Of a stretch of DNA of 64,000 nucleotides, positions 1 through 9,285 are shown piece by piece. Within the stretch, counting starts at the first letter, position 1. Every line of letters begins with the position of its first letter. A program made the position numbers and the translations under genes. The stretch comes from a virus (Duplodnaviria > Caudoviricetes). Under the pieces are notes generated by a model. The model had not been told where the DNA came from, ran no database searches, and saw only the letters and a list, made by a program, of their open reading frames with translations. The stretch lies in IMG/VR virus record IMGVR_UViG_3300021254_000020, positions 1 to 64,000 of that record. One strand, given 5' to 3'.

Positions 1-377
1 ATCAATCCATACGATTGAGTATCTACCGCAGAATTGTATACAGATAAAGTTTTATCCATATTATCCCATTCTGATAATGGTAGGGTTAAAAATCTAGCTT
101 CTTTATCAATATACGCCCCAGGATAATTGGCTTTCTTTACACCCACGAGTAGCATAAACTCTTGTATTCGAATAATCGTAGCATAATAATGATCTAGATC
201 CACATTTTAAATCGTTGTTATATTGTCCACCGGTAACGTTTCGTCTTAATCTACCATTGGTTAATCCATATGATATAGGATCTGTTCCATCACGGTATAG
301 TGATACATCATTCCATTCTCCAGGGTATATTAAACAATGAACACCATCATTAGTTGTTGCCCCAGGATAATAGATAA
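1..377 (-). other. Two tandem start-less coding cassettes sharing a 13-bp junction (second truncated by the window edge)
   Basis: GCCCCAGGATAAT at 115-127 and 359-371. On the minus strand each copy begins a related frame (YPGA...EW..D..S.Y....D..SYGL). No ATG or RBS precedes the first. Confidence 0.55.
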
Positions 378-388
378 TTTACAAAAAA

Positions 389-425
389 TAAATAGGTATG
401 GATTTCTCCATACCTATTTTTCTAT
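389..425. terminator. Bidirectional intrinsic terminator
   Basis: AAATAGGTATGG-ATTTCT-CCATACCTATTT with flanking A/T runs. Confidence 0.75.
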
Positions 426-531
426 TTTGATTATTTAATCATATATTCTCCTCCACAATATAGGGTATGACCTATATTCGGGAAACAATTATATTTAAAT
501 TCGTTCTCAAATACCTTTTCTTATCTCCTAC

Positions 532-1332
532 TCAAGATTCGTCATCTTTTTCGTTCTCGCGACGTTTTAGCTCTCTATTGAAGAATCCTCCCTTTTCTCT
601 ACGTCTTCTAGTCAATTCTGGGCTCTCAACGTATTTGAATTGCTCTATTCCATTTAATTCTTGATTTAGACTGATATCTTTCATATTCAGTCCCATAGGA
701 GGTCTATTGAAGTATGCTAACATACTAGCTGCATAATTATGTATTTGAATTGTTCTGATTAGATACATGAACTCACATGCTTGAGCTATAGTCATACTAG
801 TCATGGTAGTTGTATTGTTTAGGTATACATCTATTACCGGTTGTAATTCATCATTATACATTTTTCTTACACCTGGTTTAAATACCATAAACTTACCATA
901 ATTGAGATCGACTTGTATACTATGTTTCTCAGCATCGTTGATATATATCTTACCATCTCTAGCTTCAAATACTTCAGTGAAGTGAGTAACTATGTATTCT
1001 AGTTTGGGAATAACGAAGAGTCTTAAGAATTCTATATCTTTCCCTCTTAATACAAAATACTCTCTATTGCCTGCAGCATCTAACTTCATACTTTCTATAG
1101 AAAGATAAGGATCAATACGTCTAGTCATTCTTCTACTGAGATAACCATTCTTATCCACGTATTGTGTTTCAGAATAGAAGTACTCCCTTTCGTTATGATC
1201 CTTCAATCTATATAGAGCTATATTCATTCTTACTACTGCATTATTCCCTAAGAACATCAAATCATCTTGAAGTCTATTATATAGCAGCAATTCTGATACT
1301 AAACCGTTATCCAATTTGTTTCCTCCTCTCAA
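532..1332 (-). CDS. Hypothetical phage protein
   Basis: 266-aa ORF; GGAGG RBS suggests a TTG start near 1311; GACT-N6-TA motif upstream. Confidence 0.75.
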   Translation of the reverse strand: MRGGNKLDNGLVSELLLYNRLQDDLMFLGNNAVVRMNIALYRLKDHNEREYFYSETQYVDKNGYLSRRMTRRIDPYLSIESMKLDAAGNREYFVLRGKDIEFLRLFVIPKLEYIVTHFTEVFEARDGKIYINDAEKHSIQVDLNYGKFMVFKPGVRKMYNDELQPVIDVYLNNTTTMTSMTIAQACEFMYLIRTIQIHNYAASMLAYFNRPPMGLNMKDISLNQELNGIEQFKYVESPELTRRRREKGGFFNRELKRRENEKDDES

Positions 1333-1355
1333 CTTATATTCTAGTCATGAGGAGC

Positions 1356-2912
1356 TTAATCAGTAACTATGTTCTCAAAACTGAATCCATATAATTCTGT
1401 TTTTTGAGGAAGTACTTGTCTTGGCATAGGAGACGGAAGTTGAGGAGGAGTATTGATTGGGATTGGATTGTTATTTACATTGAGCGCTCTCTTTTCCATC
1501 TCAAATATATCATAGCTAGGAATGCTAGGAGACTGAACACTCTCTACTCCCATTTCATTACTATCTAACCACACCTTTCTTCCTAATTTGAATTCATAAT
1601 AATCTATTGCTTCTTGAGGAGTAGCTACCAGAGTATATAGATTATCTGTGGTAATATAGAAGCAGTGTTTCTTTGGATTATAAAGAGCCCACTTATCTGG
1701 ATCTATATAGAATTCATTTAGAAATATCATTTCAGATCCCTTTGACTTCTTTATCTCTCCTAGAGTACCAGGATAGAATTCATCTATCACATTGAGAGTA
1801 TAATATATTTTCTTATATAATAATTCTCTCTCTAGACTATCCTCACCCCACTCATCCACATCTCTTAACGTACCTTTCTTTATATACGTATAGATATATT
1901 TAAAGTGTAACTCATCTAGTGGACCAGTAGCTATCTTATATGCTATCATCTTAACTAGATCTTCATCCGTAATAGTGGTCTTCAGATATTTCTTTTTTGT
2001 CTTAGTAATGTCATCACTTATATCATACGGACAAATCACCTTCTCTATTTCTCTATATCTCCCAAAGAACTTATCCTCTCTAGTTCCTGTCAGCAATCCA
2101 GTAGCTCCTACCGTTTTGTATATATTACTTACTGCATTAGCTCTAGCCTGGATTTGAATATTGAAATAAGGAAAGATTTGATTAAGACTCATCAATGCTA
2201 CTGGAATACGCTTTCCATTTGCTATAAATATTTGTTTAGTTGATGCTATTTCGCTAGTTCTAATGATATCGAAGAATAGATCTATATCCACTATTCCTAA
2301 TACGAATAAACTATATGGATCTTCTAGTTTTATCATTTTACTAGCTTCAATTATATCACTCCCTAAACAATAATCAAAATAGTTACCATCAATCGCTGGA
2401 GATGCATGATAGTATCTACGTAGGAATGTATTACTCTTCTCCCATATATCTGCACTTTCTCTCATGGTAGAAATTCTTTTTATCTTAATTCTATTCTGTA
2501 AACAATGTTGTATCTCAGCAGTATCTGGTAGATAAAAAGAATCGGCAGGATCCATAATGCAGCCTCTTTCGAGGCCAGCCTTACACCAGTACCATACGGT
2601 GAGTATTACATCATATAAGCTATCATTATCGAACAGCATCAACTTACTTCTAGTTATAGGATAATCCATTACCTCCGTTTTCTCTACGTTAGTGATATCA
2701 ATTCCATGATCCATCCATAGAAAATCCTTTGGATATTTATCATATCCTAAATTCTTAAACAGTATCGCTAAATATTGTTCTGGTGTTACTCCCCCTTCCC
2801 CATCATAGTCTTTAGGTTCTAGCATCATCATACCATAATAAGATAATATACTACACTCAACTCCATCTATCTTTATGATACACTTATGCTCATCAGAGAT
2901 CATTTTCATCAT
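1356..2912 (-). CDS. Hypothetical protein
   Basis: 518-aa ORF overlapping the upstream gene; no recognised motif. Confidence 0.8.
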   Translation of the reverse strand: MMKMISDEHKCIIKIDGVECSILSYYGMMMLEPKDYDGEGGVTPEQYLAILFKNLGYDKYPKDFLWMDHGIDITNVEKTEVMDYPITRSKLMLFDNDSLYDVILTVWYWCKAGLERGCIMDPADSFYLPDTAEIQHCLQNRIKIKRISTMRESADIWEKSNTFLRRYYHASPAIDGNYFDYCLGSDIIEASKMIKLEDPYSLFVLGIVDIDLFFDIIRTSEIASTKQIFIANGKRIPVALMSLNQIFPYFNIQIQARANAVSNIYKTVGATGLLTGTREDKFFGRYREIEKVICPYDISDDITKTKKKYLKTTITDEDLVKMIAYKIATGPLDELHFKYIYTYIKKGTLRDVDEWGEDSLERELLYKKIYYTLNVIDEFYPGTLGEIKKSKGSEMIFLNEFYIDPDKWALYNPKKHCFYITTDNLYTLVATPQEAIDYYEFKLGRKVWLDSNEMGVESVQSPSIPSYDIFEMEKRALNVNNNPIPINTPPQLPSPMPRQVLPQKTELYGFSFENIVTD

Positions 2913-3141
2913 CCTCCTCTTTATCTACTATCTTCTTATCCTTTCTCAGAATCAATACTTTTAATACCATATAGGTATTCATAACCATGTGAGCAGTTAA
3001 CAGAAATAAGAAGCTAGGAGCATATAACACATATACCATATAACTCTCTTTGACTGTTCTACCACTCTCAATACAGTTCCCAAAGAAGAACGTCTCCGCA
3101 GCTATAAAAACTACATTTGCTAACAAAAATAAAATATCCAT
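2893..3141 (-). CDS. Small membrane protein
   Basis: Two hydrophobic segments; RBS and early-like promoter (3161-3175) upstream. Confidence 0.65.
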   Translation of the reverse strand: MDILFLLANVVFIAAETFFFGNCIESGRTVKESYMVYVLYAPSFLFLLTAHMVMNTYMVLKVLILRKDKKIVDKEEDDENDL

Positions 3142-3222
3142 TTTATTTCCACCTTCCTTTCACTTCTATAGTATATAACCAAGTACAATAATAGAGTAGA
3201 GGAATTACCCTCTACTCCACCA

Positions 3223-3387
3223 TTAGTCTCCATACTCACTACTAAATCCAGTAGGATTGTGACTTTCAGCTATGGACTCTAATGCCTTAGCTTTTCTGAT
3301 CTCAATCTCATTTCTTTCTTGAAGAGCCTTGCTAATCTCTCCAAGTAATACTATTATCATATCTTTTTCTTCTGTTGTCATTTCCAT
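3223..3387 (-). CDS. Small hypothetical protein (54 aa, below ORF-track cutoff)
   Basis: MEMTTEEKDMIIVLLGEISKALQERNEI...; early-like promoter and AGGAGG upstream, hairpin downstream. Confidence 0.6.
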   Translation of the reverse strand: MEMTTEEKDMIIVLLGEISKALQERNEIEIRKAKALESIAESHNPTGFSSEYGD

Positions 3388-3461
3388 AATATCTTATACA
3401 CCTCCTATCACAGATATAGTATATAACCCAGAGGGATATTACTCCCTCTGGGATACACATT

Positions 3462-3788
3462 TTAATCACCAATTAATTCTTTATTACTTATCATATAACT
3501 ATTCAGAGAATCAGTGAATGGGCTAACCTTTTCATCATTTTTTAGACTATATTCATAGTCTATTTTGATCATGGCTAGCATTTCCACCTCAGCATTCACT
3601 ACTCCATTCTCGAATCGTATCTTTGCTTTTTCCAACTCCTCTCTATATTGTTTTGGGTTGCTTTTTCTCCAGAACATTAATGTCTTACCATAATAATCTA
3701 GATATACGTCTAACCTCAATTTCAGATTAGACGTACCAGTACTTACTAGATATAATATCTTCTGGAGATCCTCATCACTATTTATCAT
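3462..3788 (-). CDS. Hypothetical protein
   Basis: 108-aa ORF; TAATG coupling with the upstream small ORF. Confidence 0.65.
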   Translation of the reverse strand: MINSDEDLQKILYLVSTGTSNLKLRLDVYLDYYGKTLMFWRKSNPKQYREELEKAKIRFENGVVNAEVEMLAMIKIDYEYSLKNDEKVSPFTDSLNSYMISNKELIGD

Positions 3789-3940
3789 TAAAACACCATT
3801 CCCATTCTAGCCATAGCATAGTTACGTACTACACCATAACACATATTACCAAACCCAGGATATATGGAATTGGCAATTCTAACACAGTTGCTAACGAAAC
3901 CTACTACACCACTGATGACTCTGCTGATGAAATTAAACAT
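3788..3940 (-). CDS. Small amphipathic peptide (50 aa)
   Basis: MFNFISRVISGVVGFVSNCVRIANSIYPGFGNMCYGVVRNYAMARMGMVF; AAGGGG RBS; stop overlaps next start. Confidence 0.5.
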   Translation of the reverse strand: MFNFISRVISGVVGFVSNCVRIANSIYPGFGNMCYGVVRNYAMARMGMVF

Positions 3941-3964
3941 AATTTTATTATTCCCCTTTTTGTT

Positions 3965-6127
3965 TTATAATTTTAATATGTTGGTATGGGTTACATCCGT
4001 TGTTTCCATCTTAGACAAACCAATCTCCTCCATTGGGAAATTTCTAAGATTATCATGAATTATTTCCGTATAATTTATGAACGGTACAACCCAATCTGGG
4101 ATTTCGATATTCATAGGAATAGCAACTGCATCAATCTTCCCGCGAAACTCTGGATTCTCTAACAGCTTCTGCATCCTTAGATAATGCTCAGGATGTCTTT
4201 CCATAATCTTATCTACATTTCTCAGATTAATGTGAGTCTTAATAATGAGGACAGTATTTCTTTCATCTAGATTGATACTCTCTTCATCATGACTCTTAAT
4301 TGCATTATAAGCCACAGATGCCTTTATTCCCTGAATTCTCATAGGCATCTCATAATTACTTAGTGACTTAATGCGTGCAGGTTTGTGGAATTCTTTATTC
4401 TTAGCGGATATACTATTATATATCCTCTTTTCCAAAGTGGCAAACTTCTTAATTATGTCCACTTGATCTACTATTGATTTTCTAAGAACATCGAACTCCA
4501 ACATCCCCTTTAGAGCTTTAGCAGTCTCTTCAGCTACACCCACTTTATTAATGGGCATACCTTTTACATCAAACTGCTTATTCTCTGGTATCAGATTCCC
4601 TTCTTGTAAAATCTGTATAGTAGCATAATTCTTCCGACCCTTGGTCAATAACAGATTTCGGAATAGGAATTCATTCTTCATAATGAGTAGACACTCTCTA
4701 TCTTTAGCAGACGTATTATACTGGTCTGCAAATAATCTCATATAATCTAATATAAGGTCCGTGAGAACATAACTCATTATATTTACTATAGAGTATCTTA
4801 AGCTATCTTCCTCGATAACCACAGCAGGATATTCCAACCTCTTCTTCTCCACCAATTTCTGATTATAGAAATCATACTCTTCTTCCATCTCAGTCTGTCT
4901 AAACTCCCATACAACATGATCTGCAGCCTCTTGTCTCTGGGCTTGAGTATACTTTATCTTCATAGGTATACCAACTGTTCTCTCTAATACAAACCGATAG
5001 AAGGAATCTAGCGAAATAATGCACGAATCGGTGTCTGTGATTAGTACGGTTGAGCGATTTGCCTCATAGACCTTTCTTAACTTGTCTATTTGAATATGAC
5101 GATAATATACATACTCATATATTAAGTTGGTGAAGACCTCAAGGTCATCCTTTATTTCTTTAGGGGGCTTATTAGGATTAAGGAACGGTGTCTCTAATTC
5201 TACTAGTATCTTTATTATGAGATTCATTACTTTAGTATTCTCAAGAAACTTATATAAGTTATTCTTGTAATATACTATATTAAGCTCTCTCTGATTAAGA
5301 TTACTAATAGTCTTCCATATAATATCCACATCTCTATCATTTGGAACATAACTATCACATCCGCAGTTCTTAATTAGTCTAAGAATACACTCTTCTCTAG
5401 TAACATTACGATCTAAGATGTCCCAGTCATTGAATCTCTGAGGACGATTACGTTGATCTTCACAGCAGAATTCTATAAACGTAAGTACGTCATTTAAACT
5501 ACCAAACTTAACACAATCAGATTCACCATCTAGTATTCCTTCAAACATCAGTATTGAAGCAGATATCGCCCCTCTACCACTTCCTGTAACTGCGGTACAC
5601 AGATATAGGTTATAAAAGATACTACTAAATTGTCCCGCAGCTCCATAAACTGCATTCACTGATATTTTATACCCCTTCTGCAAAAGATCGAAAGCTTTAT
5701 AAGGTTCACTACCTTTAGGGTGCTTTTTCATCTCTTCCTTAGCAGCATTTCGTTTATCCAATAGATATTGGATAAAGTTGTAGAATGGATTCTTTACATG
5801 AGCATGCTTCTGGAATAGTACACCTGTCGGAGTGATAATAGCCTGATCCTTCAACAATTCACTAGCTAATCCAACTACATCCATCTCGGCCGTGCGATGT
5901 AAGTAGTTGTTGTCTATCGTTAAAGGGACCTGTTTATACCTCTTAGATATACTATACTTAATGCCTTCCATGATCTCAAATGGTTCTAACCATTCTCCAG
6001 CACATTTATCTATGATATGATACATAGTATTAGCATACCTATCGATAAGCTCACCATGAGGAGTATTAGCGGCTATGAATGCTTCATGATTACTCATCGC
6101 TAATTTTAGACTAGGTTCTTTATTCAT
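3965..6127 (-). CDS. Family B DNA polymerase, split-gene catalytic part
   Basis: KISVNAVYG (motif B), TDTDS (motif C), RKNYA, DVKGM; no exonuclease motifs and no DxxSLYPS motif A. Confidence 0.92.
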   Translation of the reverse strand: MNKEPSLKLAMSNHEAFIAANTPHGELIDRYANTMYHIIDKCAGEWLEPFEIMEGIKYSISKRYKQVPLTIDNNYLHRTAEMDVVGLASELLKDQAIITPTGVLFQKHAHVKNPFYNFIQYLLDKRNAAKEEMKKHPKGSEPYKAFDLLQKGYKISVNAVYGAAGQFSSIFYNLYLCTAVTGSGRGAISASILMFEGILDGESDCVKFGSLNDVLTFIEFCCEDQRNRPQRFNDWDILDRNVTREECILRLIKNCGCDSYVPNDRDVDIIWKTISNLNQRELNIVYYKNNLYKFLENTKVMNLIIKILVELETPFLNPNKPPKEIKDDLEVFTNLIYEYVYYRHIQIDKLRKVYEANRSTVLITDTDSCIISLDSFYRFVLERTVGIPMKIKYTQAQRQEAADHVVWEFRQTEMEEEYDFYNQKLVEKKRLEYPAVVIEEDSLRYSIVNIMSYVLTDLILDYMRLFADQYNTSAKDRECLLIMKNEFLFRNLLLTKGRKNYATIQILQEGNLIPENKQFDVKGMPINKVGVAEETAKALKGMLEFDVLRKSIVDQVDIIKKFATLEKRIYNSISAKNKEFHKPARIKSLSNYEMPMRIQGIKASVAYNAIKSHDEESINLDERNTVLIIKTHINLRNVDKIMERHPEHYLRMQKLLENPEFRGKIDAVAIPMNIEIPDWVVPFINYTEIIHDNLRNFPMEEIGLSKMETTDVTHTNILKL

Positions 6128-6457
6128 TATATCTTCTCCTTTCGTTGTACTAAGTAGTCAAAATGAACCTACCTTTTGACTACCTGCTTATTTGTATTTA
6201 GTACCCATATGGCTAAAATCAAATAAAAAGAAATTAGTTCACTAATGAAAACGGTATAATAAGTCTAGACCCACAATGGTCTAGACTTTTATTAATCTAA
6301 ATATTATTTCCTATTCATAATTATAGTATATAATTATAGTTGAGGTTATCTATAATTATCAATAATACAGTAAAATAAAAGTGGATAGGATCAGTGGCCA
6401 GAATAACAGGTATATCAGTTATAGCAGTTTATCAGTTTAACATCACTAATCAGTTAT

Positions 6458-6664
6458 TCATACTAACTGATTAGCTAATGAGAAAAGTTCATTTCTTCTA
6501 AAAGAGAGCAGACGATTCATCTGTACATCATTCTTACAAACTCCGTACTCAGGAAAGTCTACTCCATTAACCTTCCGATGTTTGAATGCTTGTACCTGTT
6601 TGAACAGATAGTCGAATTCTTTCATCTTAGAGTTAATTAAGTTTTGTATTGTGTTTTTATCCAT
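6458..6664 (-). CDS. Small hypothetical protein enclosed by a long-range inverted repeat
   Basis: AAGGAGGTG RBS before ATG at 6664; early-like promoter at 6712-6726. Confidence 0.65.
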   Translation of the reverse strand: MDKNTIQNLINSKMKEFDYLFKQVQAFKHRKVNGVDFPEYGVCKNDVQMNRLLSFRRNELFSLANQLV

Positions 6665-6796
6665 GACTCTCACCTCCTTTCTTTACAGATTGGAGGCTAC
6701 TGATCCCACTCCATATTTATAGTATATTATTATAATAAGATTTACGCAAAAGTGAGGTAGACCATTTTGGTCTACCTCTATATAATTTGTTTTGTA

Positions 6797-7273
6797 TTAG
6801 CGGATAGCACGAAGAGTGTTGAATACCTGAGGGTTGATCTGTTTCATACGGCGCTGAGCCATTTGTACATCACGCTTAACCTGCGTGCTGTATTTCTTGT
6901 AGATCTTATCGAGCAAGGCCTTTTCTTGTTTTCTATTTTTCCTTAATGCGATTTCTAATGCATCGTTGTTAGCATGTGCTTTTGCAATCGCGGCTACTTT
7001 GACACGACGCGTGAAATCGTCCTCCTGGTTGAGCCTCATGATGCTCCGAGCTTCAAGTAATCCAGCCTCACACATCTGTTTGAAAGAGTCAGATTCCATG
7101 AAGGCCTTACGATTATCATCATCCATACGAGCAACAGTATCTACTACGAAGGTCTCAATCAGAGATTCCATATTCAATGGCTCACCGTCATCTACACCTT
7201 CTTCGAGAGGGATATCATCTACATGAGTATCCTCTTGTACCGGCTGGTTAAAGCTATTTTCGTTCCAATACAT
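6797..7273 (-). CDS. Hypothetical protein, possibly an internal head protein
   Basis: AAGGAGG RBS places the start at 7273 (MYWNE...); acidic N-terminus, basic C-terminus. Confidence 0.65.
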   Translation of the reverse strand: MYWNENSFNQPVQEDTHVDDIPLEEGVDDGEPLNMESLIETFVVDTVARMDDDNRKAFMESDSFKQMCEAGLLEARSIMRLNQEDDFTRRVKVAAIAKAHANNDALEIALRKNRKQEKALLDKIYKKYSTQVKRDVQMAQRRMKQINPQVFNTLRAIR

Positions 7274-7428
7274 TATTGATTCCTCCTTAAATCGTACGAT
7301 AAGAGTATTAGGGATTAATAGCAGTAGGTACCCTTCTACTACCCTAATTACATCTATGTTTCTCAATTCCATTATCAAAGGAGGATAAAAAATAAAGAGG
7401 TAGGGAATCAACCCTACCTCCTATAATA

Positions 7429-7698
7429 TTACCAAGTAATCTTATACCACGCAAACATTTTGTTGGGTACCTGGACTAGTTCTATTCCGAATCCATTGCT
7501 TCTTAATTCGTCTAGTAACCATTCCCTTTCTTTTTTATTAGGATAATCGGTAGGGAGTAGTTCTAAAGAGTTAAACCTTCTTACATATGCATTCTTCAAT
7601 TTCTCTTCCATTTCTTTGGCTAGTTCTTTTTTACGTTCATCAGTAAGAATGAGTGGTTTCCTCATATCCTCTGCTGTTATCTTGATAAACTGTCCCAT
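7429..7698 (-). CDS. Hypothetical protein, paralog family A
   Basis: C-terminal WLxxELxxxGF...YKITW shared with neighbours. Confidence 0.7.
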   Translation of the reverse strand: MGQFIKITAEDMRKPLILTDERKKELAKEMEEKLKNAYVRRFNSLELLPTDYPNKKEREWLLDELRSNGFGIELVQVPNKMFAWYKITW

Positions 7699-7704
7699 AG
7701 TTTA

Positions 7705-8115
7705 TCACTTCCATTCAGGTCTACTGAGAATAATGGTTTCGGTCAATGGGTCATCATTAACTTCGTATCCATTATCCTCTAACGCCATTATTATCCATGA
7801 CTTCATTAGCATGTCTTCTTCTAAATCATCATTGTAATCTACATTTACTACGTTCTCTCCATTTTCTGGATTGGTTTTCATAATGAGTTCTAATATATCA
7901 CGTTTACCTTGGATACTTACTTTTTGTAGATGATCACCAACAGATCCTTCTGGATAAGAGATAGATTCGCTAACATTAACTTGTTTCTTTCTAGGAGCAT
8001 AGTTAATTAGCAACCCTAGATGTTGTACATCTACTAGTGATACCCCCTCATCCATAGGAAGTAATACTCTACCTCTTTTTGCATGTGCTTCTAATAATTC
8101 TTTTGCGTCTGCCAT
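7705..8115 (-). CDS. Hypothetical protein, paralog family A
   Basis: WIIMALEDNGY C-terminal motif; AGGAGG RBS. Confidence 0.7.
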   Translation of the reverse strand: MADAKELLEAHAKRGRVLLPMDEGVSLVDVQHLGLLINYAPRKKQVNVSESISYPEGSVGDHLQKVSIQGKRDILELIMKTNPENGENVVNVDYNDDLEEDMLMKSWIIMALEDNGYEVNDDPLTETIILSRPEWK

Positions 8116-8133
8116 TACTTATTCCTCCTAATA

Positions 8134-8667
8134 TTACCAAGTTATAGAATAGTGGTTAGAATCTATAAGAGTGGGTTTGAATCCCGCTCTTTCCAACTCT
8201 GGTGATAACCATTCAACAAAGTATTTTACTCTGCTTTTATTTTGATATGGTGTATCATACATCTCAGGGGTGATCATTACCTTGCTTTCATTATTAACCA
8301 TTGCTTCTTTTATCGTTTTCATCACTATATCTGCTGTCTCTTTTCTAAGAGTCTTAATGTGAGATATACACGGTTCAGCCTCAGAACCTTTCTCCGCTTC
8401 GTCTGCATCTACGTGGTATTTACCATTTTCATCCTTATGGAGAATAAACCCTAATTTCTCCATATACTTTGCATCCTCTTCCGTATTAGGTGATGGGATG
8501 ATCAATGATTCATTAACAGATGTAGCTATTACCATTTTAAAATTATGGAGTTTATTTAATTCCCTATCCTTTTCGACTTCTCTCAACATCTCATCTTTAG
8601 TTTGATTGATGTATTTAAGATTCATCAAAGTAACATAATCCTTGAATGCTTTTTTTGTTCTTGTCAT
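8134..8667 (-). CDS. Hypothetical protein, paralog family A
   Basis: WLSPELERAGF...YSITW; AGGAGG RBS. Confidence 0.72.
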   Translation of the reverse strand: MTRTKKAFKDYVTLMNLKYINQTKDEMLREVEKDRELNKLHNFKMVIATSVNESLIIPSPNTEEDAKYMEKLGFILHKDENGKYHVDADEAEKGSEAEPCISHIKTLRKETADIVMKTIKEAMVNNESKVMITPEMYDTPYQNKSRVKYFVEWLSPELERAGFKPTLIDSNHYSITW

Positions 8668-8680
8668 AATAATCCTCCTA

Positions 8681-8776
8681 TCATTTCATTACCATACTAA
8701 CTGACCAACCGAATGCATAGCCACTTATTAAGCCTAAGAACCAGCCAATCAGCCACCCTACTAGAATCTTTTTCAT
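8681..8776 (-). CDS. 31-aa single-transmembrane peptide
   Basis: MKKILVGWLIGWFLGLISGYAFGWSVSMVMK; GAGGTG RBS; early-like promoter at 8793-8807. Confidence 0.6.
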   Translation of the reverse strand: MKKILVGWLIGWFLGLISGYAFGWSVSMVMK

Positions 8777-8888
8777 ATTATACTGCTCACCTCAGTATTA
8801 TAGTATATAAACAAAATTGATTTAAGAGGAGAGTTAATCTCCTCTTATTCCTCACTAAAGTTGTCAAATAAAATCTAAAGTTCAATTA

Positions 8889-8903
8889 TATACTATAATA
8901 GTG
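8889..8903 (+). promoter_or_regulatory. Early-like promoter TATACTAT-N5-TG
   Basis: One of about 19 copies upstream of accessory transcription units. Confidence 0.75.
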
Positions 8904-9116
8904 TAATAAGGAAATGGGACACAACTCAAGGATTTTTGTGGACCATCTAATAAAAGCCATTGGGAAGTGTGATACTCTCAATCTAAAGGGTATGTGCCCG
9001 TCCTATGCTAGCAGGCCCAATCATCCTCTACCTCCTATAATCAGGGTGATGCGAGTTGGCTACTCGAAGGATAGCTAGCCTGAAAAGAAAGGTGACACCA
9101 CTCATCTTTCTTTTTT
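8903..9116 (+). ncRNA. Candidate structured small RNA with an ACCUCCU loop
   Basis: Promoter-to-terminator unit; hairpin 9020-9050 with loop CTACCTCCTATAATC; terminator 9083-9116. Confidence 0.55.
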
Positions 9117-9285
9117 GGTCGTGCGAACTTCTTTTGCTGTTCACTTGAGTCATTGTTTCTTTGTCATGAGAAATGTAAACTACTCTACCTCTTTAATGGG
9201 GTAGAGAGTTACATTTGCATTGACACTTTATTACATGTAGTATATTAGGGGTATCTAAGCTTAAAAGCATATAGAAAGGGGTTTA

